Shown here in pieces: positions 23,398-31,743 of a DNA stretch of 35,886 nt. The notes beneath the pieces are model-generated. The model was not told the origin of the DNA. It ran no database searches and was given only the letters and a program-made list of their open reading frames with translations. Origin of the DNA: Spirochaetales bacterium (GTDB lineage: Bacteria > Spirochaetota > Spirochaetia > DTKZ01); NCBI GenBank assembly GCA_046719195.1, contig JBDNDI010000001.1:1-35886 (forward strand). Direction: 5' to 3'. Position 1 is the stretch's first letter; the number at the start of each line of letters is the position of its first letter. A program made the translations under genes and the position numbers.

Positions 23398-26300
23398 TTA
23401 CTTCCGTAGCAGTATAAACTCTACCCGCCGGTTAATCCATCGTTTTTCTAGATCACTAAAAGGAACAAGGGGTTTAGAACCTCCGAATCCTTCGGTTTCA
23501 ATACGATCCGCTACAATTCCGCGTTCTATTAAAGCTTCTTTTATTACTCTAGCTCGATTCTGAGACAGAGGTATCAACGCAAGCTTGTGTTCTCTTTCCG
23601 AAGCAGCTGCATCATAATACAACACAGACACAGCATGCCCTTCTAAGCGAACGCGGTAGTTGGGAAACACTTTCAGCATGCTTGCCACTTGATCGATAGA
23701 GGCAACATTGGTTTTTGCTATCTCCTCGTTCCACTTTAGGTAGTCTGTGGTCCACGGCGCAAATTGAATATTTGCCACCCGTATTTGATTTCGGCCATCT
23801 TCGGGGAATACTAACACGTCTACAAGAATCTTTACCGATCCTTTTGCAACATTCCCCACTTCGTCCCTTATTTCAAAGAATAAAGGATATTCTGTTGCCG
23901 ATTGTACCAGGTCGCCAGTACGAGAGTAACCATCCCAGGATAGCTCAGCAGGAGGGTTCCCTATTCCGTCTGCGGACTGTATATCCTGTCCCTTTGGATC
24001 CAACACAGTAAAGCGCCAGGCTTCTATAGTGCTTGCATCTTCAACCGCAATTCGTAAATGGAATAGATCGTCTTTTCCATCGTGATCCGGACTAAAGGGT
24101 ACGGGGTGTAATTCGAGAGAAACTATAGGGGGAGTAGTATCTACCCGAATGGGAATAGGTGCCAAAGAAGAAATCGAGCGGTCTTGCACTTGAAGAGTAA
24201 ACCGAACCGTGTACTCTCCATCGGGGACTTTTTCTCCCTTTGGGTCTTTTCCATCCCATTGTAAAGTAGAAGGAATGGGGCCTTTTCCCTGTATAGAAGC
24301 CACTACTTCTTTATCTTTCGACACTTCCAAAACCCAACCGGTTACTCCCTCACGTACATTGGTGGTAATGTCAAAAGAAAGGGTATCTTTCACACCGTCT
24401 CCGTTGGGGGAGAACGCAGCTAGCTGGGGCACTATAGAAACTGCAGGCTGTATCCAGGTAACCCGTAAATCTTTAACTTCAAAAACAGCTCGGTTGCCCG
24501 CCCTATCCTCACCGGTAAGCCGATAGACATACTCACCCGAAGGAACAGGCGAACCTGCTGCACTCTGCCCTTCCCATGCAAAAGATTCTACTCTCCCTTT
24601 CCAGGTTTTTCGAAATACCACCTGATTGGTTCCGGGAACAAGAAACTCGCCTACCCAACCCTCCTCATCGCTACTCCGCTGCTCTACCTGAAGGGGAGTA
24701 AGCTTTCCTGCAGCATCTTGGCGGACTTCCCGATTGGCTACAAAGACGGTTGCTTCCGGCGGCAACGTGTCTACCTCGAAGGGAGAGGTAATCGTAGTAG
24801 GTCTGTTTCCATTCCTGTAAGCCACCATTAAGTCTGCAGTGTACTTCCCATCAGGGACAACCTTCCCTGCATCATCCTTTCCATCCCAAAAAATTTGAGC
24901 AGGTACCGGTCGATTCTCTGCTATAGTTCTTATCACTCTTCCGCTTGCATCCTTTAGTTGTAACTGATAAGCCTCTGTTTCCCTTCCCTGATGGAGGATG
25001 GGTAAAATAGTAATGCGATCTTTAATTCCATCTCCATTGGGAGAAAAAGCAGATAAGTCTGTCCCTACCCCTAAGGTCGTAGGTCGGGTGTCAACCTCTA
25101 CGGAAAAACGGTTGGAGCGTCCGGGATTTCCTGCCAAGTCTCGGCCTTCTATATAAACAACATACACTCCATCCGGTATAGGTTTTCCATCCAACCCCAT
25201 ACCATTAAAATAGAGGGTTTCGGGTATGCCTCCCTCATGATCATAACTGAATAGAATATTTCCTGCAGGGTCTGCAATAATTCCTTTCCAGTACCCTTCT
25301 TTTCCTCCTTTTAGGGTGAAGGTAACATCATCTTTAAAACCGTCAAAATTGGGAGAAATTATGGGAGTAGTTGCAGTAATCTGAATTTGAGCCGGTTTGG
25401 TATCCAAAACTAGGATTGGAGTTTCTGCCGTTACTACAGCTCCATTTTCATAAGAAGCAGTAGCCCGGATTCTATACTTGCCATCGGGCAGAAGATTCCC
25501 CGCTCCATCCCGTCCATCGAATTGGACCGAAGTGGGTAGAGGGGGGGGTCCTTTCTCGGTTCTCCGTACACCGCCTCTTTCGTCTAGTAACTCTAGCACG
25601 ACTTCTACCAATCCATCAGGTATTAAACCGGACGGAGTAAGGGTAACAACATCCTGCGCTCCATCTCCATTGGGAGAGAAATACAGATAGTCAACTCCTA
25701 GGGTAAAAACTCTAGGACGGGTATCTATTGTAACAGGGGAAGTAGTTAGGGCAAAGGTATTTCCTGCCCGGTCTTCAGAAGACAGTTTAATGGTGTAGGA
25801 TCCATCCGGAAGAAGTTTTCCTGCTGGATCCTGCCCAGTCCAGAAAAAGCGTTCCGGCGGTGTACCCTCCCACTCAGCAATGGCCACCCCTTTTCCGGTG
25901 CTATCCAGTACCTCTGCCTTCCATCGGTCCTCGGAACTTGCCCTTACCCGTACAGGGAGAGTATCCCTTCTACCATCGTTATCTGGAGAGAAAATAGTAT
26001 AGTCAAAAGAAATTTCTGCATTTGGAGGGGTGTTATCTACAACAAGTTTACGGAGTTCGGATTCTGCTTTATTCCCGCCGTCATCCCAGGCCTCTAACAC
26101 ATAGGTATATACGCCATCAGGCACAAACTTGCCTTCTGAATCCTTTCCGTCCCAGGTTATAGATTCGGGTACTTCTAGTTCAGGTTTCTTCATAAAACCA
26201 AGAGCTATAAAAAGCCGGGCAAAAAAACCGGGTCGCCGCTCATCCCGGTTCTGCCAAACTCGCACTTCTTTTCCTTGAGCATCTTTAATGGTTAAACGGA

Positions 26301-26535
26301 ATTCTTTAATAACCATCTTGTTCTGCCGGTCTGGCTCAATGCTGATTTTGATGGTTATCGTATCTTTTACCCCTGGAGATGAAGCAGGAGAAAGGTACAT
26401 ATCCTCTTTATCTACGATAACCCTAGGGGGGAGTCTTTCTGCACTTCCTCCGGCATAAGCCATACTCCCTATGCCCACCATCCCAATAAAAAGAAACCAC
26501 CAAACAAATCGCTTAACCATTACCCTATGTACCAT
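23398..26535 (-). CDS. large OmpA-domain protein with eight tandem FlgD-Ig-like repeats
   Basis: The track ORF extends to 26547 (1049 aa). I prefer ATG 26535 (GGAGG 5 nt upstream), and 26520 is also possible. A signal peptide is followed by 8 modules of about 105 aa with the motif FSPNGDG...WDGKD..G..VPDG.Y...D.AGN...VDT.PP. The C-terminus is an OmpA_C domain (..NRRVEFILL). Confidence 0.85.
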   Translation of the reverse strand: MVHRVMVKRFVWWFLFIGMVGIGSMAYAGGSAERLPPRVIVDKEDMYLSPASSPGVKDTITIKISIEPDRQNKMVIKEFRLTIKDAQGKEVRVWQNRDERRPGFFARLFIALGFMKKPELEVPESITWDGKDSEGKFVPDGVYTYVLEAWDDGGNKAESELRKLVVDNTPPNAEISFDYTIFSPDNDGRRDTLPVRVRASSEDRWKAEVLDSTGKGVAIAEWEGTPPERFFWTGQDPAGKLLPDGSYTIKLSSEDRAGNTFALTTSPVTIDTRPRVFTLGVDYLYFSPNGDGAQDVVTLTPSGLIPDGLVEVVLELLDERGGVRRTEKGPPPLPTSVQFDGRDGAGNLLPDGKYRIRATASYENGAVVTAETPILVLDTKPAQIQITATTPIISPNFDGFKDDVTFTLKGGKEGYWKGIIADPAGNILFSYDHEGGIPETLYFNGMGLDGKPIPDGVYVVYIEGRDLAGNPGRSNRFSVEVDTRPTTLGVGTDLSAFSPNGDGIKDRITILPILHQGRETEAYQLQLKDASGRVIRTIAENRPVPAQIFWDGKDDAGKVVPDGKYTADLMVAYRNGNRPTTITSPFEVDTLPPEATVFVANREVRQDAAGKLTPLQVEQRSSDEEGWVGEFLVPGTNQVVFRKTWKGRVESFAWEGQSAAGSPVPSGEYVYRLTGEDRAGNRAVFEVKDLRVTWIQPAVSIVPQLAAFSPNGDGVKDTLSFDITTNVREGVTGWVLEVSKDKEVVASIQGKGPIPSTLQWDGKDPKGEKVPDGEYTVRFTLQVQDRSISSLAPIPIRVDTTPPIVSLELHPVPFSPDHDGKDDLFHLRIAVEDASTIEAWRFTVLDPKGQDIQSADGIGNPPAELSWDGYSRTGDLVQSATEYPLFFEIRDEVGNVAKGSVKILVDVLVFPEDGRNQIRVANIQFAPWTTDYLKWNEEIAKTNVASIDQVASMLKVFPNYRVRLEGHAVSVLYYDAAASEREHKLALIPLSQNRARVIKEALIERGIVADRIETEGFGGSKPLVPFSDLEKRWINRRVEFILLRK
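23818..26415 (-). repeat. protein-level tandem repeat array (8 divergent modules of about 103-130 aa)
   Basis: Module boundaries were read from the recurring VD(T/N)xPP ends, at about aa 175, 278, 385, 489, 597, 702, 807 and 910. The repeats are divergent at the DNA level. Confidence 0.7.
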
Positions 26536-26565
26536 AACACCCTCCATATACCTATATCATACCGT

Positions 26566-26594
26566 ATCATACCCTAAATTTCCCTCGAACTCAA
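26566..26594 (-). promoter_or_regulatory. candidate sigma-70 promoter for the large OmpA gene, containing a duplicated TATGATA motif
   Basis: On the minus strand, TTGAGT (26594-26589) is followed by 17 nt and then TATGAT (26571-26566). The 9-mer TATCATACC is directly repeated on the plus strand at 26555-26563 and 26565-26573. Confidence 0.35.
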
Positions 26595-27793
26595 ACTTTT
26601 TCAACTAAATGAGCGATTCCCCACTTTCCATTCACTAACCATTCGGGATCTTGCGCATACATCTCATTAGCCTTCTCCTGGGAAATTCCTAAAAGTACTT
26701 CACTTTTTAAAGTCCGTAGACTCACCAAGGTGGTGGGAAATCCCTTTACAACTTCTTCAAACGGAGTGGAAAAAGGCCAAGCTCTATCCTCCACAAGCCT
26801 CCTGTAATTGGCATCCCCCTTAAAAATTACTACATTACTTGAGGCAAATTGATTCTGTAACTCTGCCGGAAAGGTAGTAAAGTGATGAGGGCCATTCCAA
26901 TAGTAGTGGGTCTTAATTTCTATTTTGCCCGACTGAATCCAGTCCAGGAACTGGGTAGACCAAGAAGAAAAGCTTTTTTCTTGAGCCAATCGAAACAGCA
27001 TGATAAAAACATCCTGTACAGTGGCGTCGGATACAAAAAATGGGTACTTCTTACAATGAAACACTACTTTCTCTGCCTCTCCTACTGATAAAACAACCTT
27101 AGCAAAGTGAAGGTCACAGAGAAGTTCAGACCCGGCATTATCCAACACAATATCAATTTGGGTTGCATGTTCTACCTTCTTTTCTAGAGAACTATAATGG
27201 TTAATTATCAACTCTTTCTCTCGTTTCTCTTCCTCTTCGTGCAACTGCGTTCTACCCTTTTTTGCAATATTGGAAAGGGACAGATCAACCCGATTCCCCT
27301 TTACGGAAAGCCAGAGGGCATCCTGTATGGACCCTACCCTAGAAAGGGTTCGTCCCCAAAGGGGTTCGTGGACAATATGAGAAAGCTCTTCTTCCTTTTG
27401 TAAAAGAAAAGGATCCAGGTGGTAAAAAGAAGAACTTTTCCAATAATAGCCGGCAGCAATAAGGAGGCGAAGGTATAGATAAGCTTCTCCAAAATAAAAC
27501 GGCAGATCTATCCATCGTTTGCCCCTCCATTCCGCGAAAGCTTTTTCCCAATCGTTCAATTCCTCTGGTAAGAACTCAGCGACAATCTCTTCGGTAAAAG
27601 GGTTATATATATTACCCTCGGGAATTTCTCTCAATAAAGTTTCTAAAGCCCGCTCTTCTCTGCTTCCCAAGGGTCTAAGGTCTTTAATGTTTGACACTAT
27701 AGGGGGAAATCGGTTCAAAAGGGTATGCGCAGCCCAGGAATCTGGATCTGCCATCATAATGTACGGGGGATACGAAACTAGATTTTTATTCAT
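26591..27793 (-). CDS. DUF89 / ARMT1-like damage-control phosphatase family protein
   Basis: 400 aa. A metal-site motif VLDNAGSELLCDL and the family signature FKGDANYRRL are present. Confidence 0.8.
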   Translation of the reverse strand: MNKNLVSYPPYIMMADPDSWAAHTLLNRFPPIVSNIKDLRPLGSREERALETLLREIPEGNIYNPFTEEIVAEFLPEELNDWEKAFAEWRGKRWIDLPFYFGEAYLYLRLLIAAGYYWKSSSFYHLDPFLLQKEEELSHIVHEPLWGRTLSRVGSIQDALWLSVKGNRVDLSLSNIAKKGRTQLHEEEEKREKELIINHYSSLEKKVEHATQIDIVLDNAGSELLCDLHFAKVVLSVGEAEKVVFHCKKYPFFVSDATVQDVFIMLFRLAQEKSFSSWSTQFLDWIQSGKIEIKTHYYWNGPHHFTTFPAELQNQFASSNVVIFKGDANYRRLVEDRAWPFSTPFEEVVKGFPTTLVSLRTLKSEVLLGISQEKANEMYAQDPEWLVNGKWGIAHLVEKV

Positions 27794-27838
27794 AGACCAA
27801 ACCTAAACAAAAAATGGTCTATTGAGCAAGGTGGTCTA
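27793..27838. repeat. three copies of heptamer TGGTCTA (one inverted) at the DUF89 gene start
   Basis: TAGACCA lies at 27793-27799 (overlapping the start codon). TGGTCTA lies at 27815-27821 and 27832-27838. Confidence 0.3.
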
Positions 27839-27868
27839 GTATTCGAAATAAAATCTGAATGTTTTGGC

Positions 27869-29053
27869 TCACTCCTCTAGTACTATAATTTCTACTCTTC
27901 GATTTTGAGACCTTCCCTCTTCGTGGGTGTTGGGAGCTATGGGCTCCCTAGCACCTCTTCCTTCATAGAGTAACTTTTCTTGCGGGATTCCCTCTCTAGT
28001 TAATCTGCCTACAATCGCTTTGGCTCTTTCAACAGACAACTGGTTTTGCCCCGCAGGATTTCCTACATCAGCAGTATGGCCCACCACAAGGAATTTTTTC
28101 CCTTGGATGGATTTTAAGCTGTCGGATAGTATTTTTAGTCTAGGCACCTCTTCGGGTAAAAGTTCTGAAGAATCCGGTTTGAAACGTAAGTTCTTTACCC
28201 GTAAGGTAATCCCTTCTATCGTATCTTGTATTTCAATATCCGGGATACTAGCAACTTTTTCCAAGGCTTTTGTAAGCTCGGGGGAGATATCCGGGCTTAA
28301 ACCTTCGAAAAAGGTGACCACGGTACCTTCTAATTTTACAATTCTTTCGCCGCGGAAGCGGTACTCTTCTTTAAATGTTTCAGTAATAAATCTAAGCCCT
28401 CCTTCTTTAACGGATAGAAACAGGGACACATCGTGGGTGCCTTGAACCTCAAGGAGATCCGGGTCGTTAGAATAGTCAGTAGACCCTTTGTACCGAACTG
28501 CATACTTACCGACGATCCGATGCCCCTGTTCATTGCGATAGGATGTAATTCCTTCATACCGATAATCCACATATACCGGTACTACTGTTATCTTTCCATT
28601 GAAATCCGGATCCAAAACCCGCAAACCAAAGGCCTGCCAGCGTTTTTCTCCCGAAAACTCTTTGGGAAAAAGGGGGAATTGACGCATAGTGGGAAACCTC
28701 TCTACAGAAGAGGAGAGTACTATACCTTCCGGAGAAAGAGAAATTTCTGCAGGTGAAGATTGTTCCACCCTTTGGGCTACTTGTATCCCCCCCCTTTGAC
28801 CTTCTTCTAACAAATAAAATCTTCCCGTAAAACCTATTTCCCCTTTGCTAGGATGCGGTTGTGTTTGGACAAATACACCTCGGACCTCTCGAAAAAAAAC
28901 CCCTAAATATATACGGTTTTCCCATTTGCGGAAGTTGTGTCTTTCCACGAAATGGTAGGCCTTTCCTACCTTATAGGAAGGAGGAAAACTCTGCGAGAAA
29001 AGTAAAGTGCATTTCAACAAAATACCTAGTAAAATAAATCCGTGCGGGTTCAA
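27869..29053 (-). CDS. OmpA-family protein (C-terminal peptidoglycan-binding OmpA_C domain)
   Basis: 394 aa with an N-terminal hydrophobic signal. The C-terminus reads ..FKPDSSELL...VVGHTADVG...NQLSVERA...NRRVEIIVLE. The apparent start is TTG at 29053, preceded by AAGGGTG. Confidence 0.85.
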   Translation of the reverse strand: MNPHGFILLGILLKCTLLFSQSFPPSYKVGKAYHFVERHNFRKWENRIYLGVFFREVRGVFVQTQPHPSKGEIGFTGRFYLLEEGQRGGIQVAQRVEQSSPAEISLSPEGIVLSSSVERFPTMRQFPLFPKEFSGEKRWQAFGLRVLDPDFNGKITVVPVYVDYRYEGITSYRNEQGHRIVGKYAVRYKGSTDYSNDPDLLEVQGTHDVSLFLSVKEGGLRFITETFKEEYRFRGERIVKLEGTVVTFFEGLSPDISPELTKALEKVASIPDIEIQDTIEGITLRVKNLRFKPDSSELLPEEVPRLKILSDSLKSIQGKKFLVVGHTADVGNPAGQNQLSVERAKAIVGRLTREGIPQEKLLYEGRGAREPIAPNTHEEGRSQNRRVEIIVLEE

Positions 29054-29077
29054 TTAGCACCCTTTTTTTTAGAGTTC

Positions 29078-30619
29078 TCAAACCTCTACTCGTAATGGTT
29101 CCAAGGGATTTCTACCTACCGAGAGGTTAGCAGCAATTTTCCCACTGAGACACGCAGATATAACCCCACCGGGATATAAAGAATAATGCCCACAAGCATG
29201 CAGATTGGTTAAGGGCGTGTGGATCATCCGGAAAGGAGGCAAACGAAATACTGGTGACAGATCTGGATCATAACACCAGCCACCGGTAGAACCTTCGGTG
29301 TTTAAAGTAAATCTCTCTAAAGATAGGGGAGTTCCTACCTCGTAGTAAGCGATAGTTTTTTCCAATCCCGGTACTAAGTTCTCTGCAGTATGAACAAGCT
29401 CTTTACCAATTTCGTTCTTAAACTGTTTGTATAAAGCGCTTCTTGGGTAGGCAGGGGAGCCGTTCAACCAATAATTCTCCCAAGCGTGGGAACTGTAAGT
29501 TTGAAGGACTAGGGTGGTATGGCCTGGGGGAGCAGCCTGATTATTTTCTAATCCAAAATGATTCAAAGCAACCCACATGGACCTGTGGACTTCACGAGGA
29601 GAATAGGAGTCTGGGAAAATAACCCGATAGTTGGGAAAATAAAATGCATGTTGAGCTCGCAGCTGCGAAGAAAGATCTACAGGTTCCTTTTTTACACCCA
29701 GATATACATTTAAAATTGCTTCGGTTAATCGTGCTTTTTGTATTCTCTCTACAAAGGTCTTTTCCCAGAGATTCGCATCCGTTAGATTGAAAACAAGCCT
29801 TTTATAATCCCCTCCATAAATATACTGTTTAGCTGTAATATATTCACCTGTAGCAGTCCGTACCCCAACAACCTGCCTCCCTTCTGTACAAATTTGCGTA
29901 ACCGGGGTGCTGCATCGAAGAACACCCCCAGAACGGATAAAACGTTCGGCTAATAAATCATGAAAATGCTGCATCCCCCCTTTAGGATACCAGTAATCCT
30001 TTAACCAAAGATGCCAGAAACCACCTAAAAATAGAAACGGCATCCGATAGTATCCAATGTGGGTGAACCATTCTCTTAGCCTAGGGTTTTGGAGGTGGGA
30101 ACACACTTTTTCTCTATAGGAGAATCGTATCCATTTTAAAAGCTTAGGCAAGTAGGGAATCAGTTTTAAGGCATGCTTATGCGAATAATGATGTAATAAA
30201 GGAAAGTCCCAGGGAGTAGAGTTAGCATCCAGAAAAGCCGATACCTTGCGAATTTCCTTAAAAAGAGGTTTAATACCCTTTTCGTTGGGAAACGCTGTCC
30301 GTAAGGCTTCCTCTACTCCATCAAAAGAATCGATTATAAAATCGAAGTCTTCAGATTTCATCCGATACATACATTTAACCCACTGGATCTGATCGTATAT
30401 CCCTAGTTCTCGCAAAATAGGGAACACGATCCCTAAACTTTCAAAAGATTGGTCACCCCCGTCAAAGTAATATCCTTTACGGGAGAAACCGGACATATTC
30501 CCTCCCGTATGATAACTTTGTTCTAGTATAAGAGTTTTCTTACCCAGGGATACAAGGTAGTTACCGGCTATCATGCCTCCTAACCCTGCACCAACTACTA
30601 GCACATCAAAATCCTGCAT
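29078..30619 (-). CDS. FAD/NAD(P)-dependent oxidoreductase, phytoene-desaturase (CrtI)-like family
   Basis: 513 aa. The N-terminal Rossmann motif is DVLVVGAGLGGMIAGNYL...ILEQ..HTGG. Confidence 0.8.
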   Translation of the reverse strand: MQDFDVLVVGAGLGGMIAGNYLVSLGKKTLILEQSYHTGGNMSGFSRKGYYFDGGDQSFESLGIVFPILRELGIYDQIQWVKCMYRMKSEDFDFIIDSFDGVEEALRTAFPNEKGIKPLFKEIRKVSAFLDANSTPWDFPLLHHYSHKHALKLIPYLPKLLKWIRFSYREKVCSHLQNPRLREWFTHIGYYRMPFLFLGGFWHLWLKDYWYPKGGMQHFHDLLAERFIRSGGVLRCSTPVTQICTEGRQVVGVRTATGEYITAKQYIYGGDYKRLVFNLTDANLWEKTFVERIQKARLTEAILNVYLGVKKEPVDLSSQLRAQHAFYFPNYRVIFPDSYSPREVHRSMWVALNHFGLENNQAAPPGHTTLVLQTYSSHAWENYWLNGSPAYPRSALYKQFKNEIGKELVHTAENLVPGLEKTIAYYEVGTPLSLERFTLNTEGSTGGWCYDPDLSPVFRLPPFRMIHTPLTNLHACGHYSLYPGGVISACLSGKIAANLSVGRNPLEPLRVEV

Positions 30620-30664
30620 AGTCCCAAGTATAAATAATTAGGATTTTTTTTCCAGCCCAACTAC

Positions 30665-30694
30665 TTGATTCCCTCCACTTACCCCCTGTACAAT
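30665..30694 (+). promoter_or_regulatory. sigma-70-type promoter placed for a near-leaderless transcript
   Basis: TTGATT (30665-30670), an 18-nt spacer, then TACAAT (30689-30694). Only 8 nt (ccaacaac, no SD) separate the -10 box from ATG 30703. Confidence 0.45.
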
Positions 30695-30702
30695 CCAACA
30701 AC

Positions 30703-31743
30703 ATGCGAATACAGGCAGGAGTTCTCTTCTTTTCAGGAGCGCTTCTTTTATTTCTGGGTTGTTCTGCTCCTGAGGCTTATTTTCTAGTTGGACAAAAAGA
30801 GAATGTAAAAGTAACAAAGGAACTACTATCTCTTCTCAAAGATGAAAAGGAACCTGCTGGCCGCTTTATTCTGCTAAGCCAGATTGCAAAAAATCTCAGT
30901 TCAGCAGGTTTTATAGAGAGGGCTAATAACTTCCTTACAGCCTATGTAGAAACACAACCAAAAGATCCCTACAACGCCTACTACCTGTTCCAAGTAGCGA
31001 AGAACTTCCAGGCTCAAAACGCACCTATGGTTGCTGCTCATTACTATACACGAATTCTAAGAAATCATCCAGACTTACTCCTTCAAGGAAAGTCGATTCA
31101 CCTCCAGTGCCTGCAAGAACTAATTCGCCTTACTAAAGAACCGGAGTATTTACTGAACTATTACAAAGAACTCCAAGCTCGGTTTCCGAATGAGGTTGAT
31201 CCAGCCACACTTTTCTATGCTTTAGGCAAAACCTATGAGAGTCTTGGAGAATGGGACCAGGCTATAGATGCTTATACAAAGTTTTTACGATATCCTGGTT
31301 CCTATATACCTGAAAACCCGGACGCCTATTCTCAAGTTTCCAACATTCTAGCTTTTCACGCTTCAGATAAAAAATGGACAAGAGAAACTCTAGAGGAGCT
31401 TGTCCAGGAGGTTAAATCTGCTATAGATCGAAAAAATATACAAAAACTCTTAAGCCTTCGCGCCCAAGTAAACTTTTTTGCCATGTCCTGGGAACAAGAT
31501 GAATCAGAAAGCTATGTACAAGCCTCCTTTGACATCGGCACCTTTTTACGAGGTTCTCCAGTGCGATATGCAGAGAACTTAGATATGGATTCCAATGCGA
31601 GAGAAGCGTATTTAGAAACCTGGGGTTGGACCTACCGAATTGCCACATGGTACCTGTATTTTCGTAAAATTTATTATCCTCAGGATCCCTCAATTCACGG
31701 GAGGTGGGAATGGGCAGGAATATATTTCGGGGAAAAACTCTAA
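30703..31743 (+). CDS. TPR-like repeat lipoprotein, uncharacterised
   Basis: 346 aa. The signal peptide ends in LFLGCS. TPR-like helical repeats are present (e.g. LGKTYESLGEWDQAIDAYTKFL). Confidence 0.75.
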   Translation: MRIQAGVLFFSGALLLFLGCSAPEAYFLVGQKENVKVTKELLSLLKDEKEPAGRFILLSQIAKNLSSAGFIERANNFLTAYVETQPKDPYNAYYLFQVAKNFQAQNAPMVAAHYYTRILRNHPDLLLQGKSIHLQCLQELIRLTKEPEYLLNYYKELQARFPNEVDPATLFYALGKTYESLGEWDQAIDAYTKFLRYPGSYIPENPDAYSQVSNILAFHASDKKWTRETLEELVQEVKSAIDRKNIQKLLSLRAQVNFFAMSWEQDESESYVQASFDIGTFLRGSPVRYAENLDMDSNAREAYLETWGWTYRIATWYLYFRKIYYPQDPSIHGRWEWAGIYFGEKL

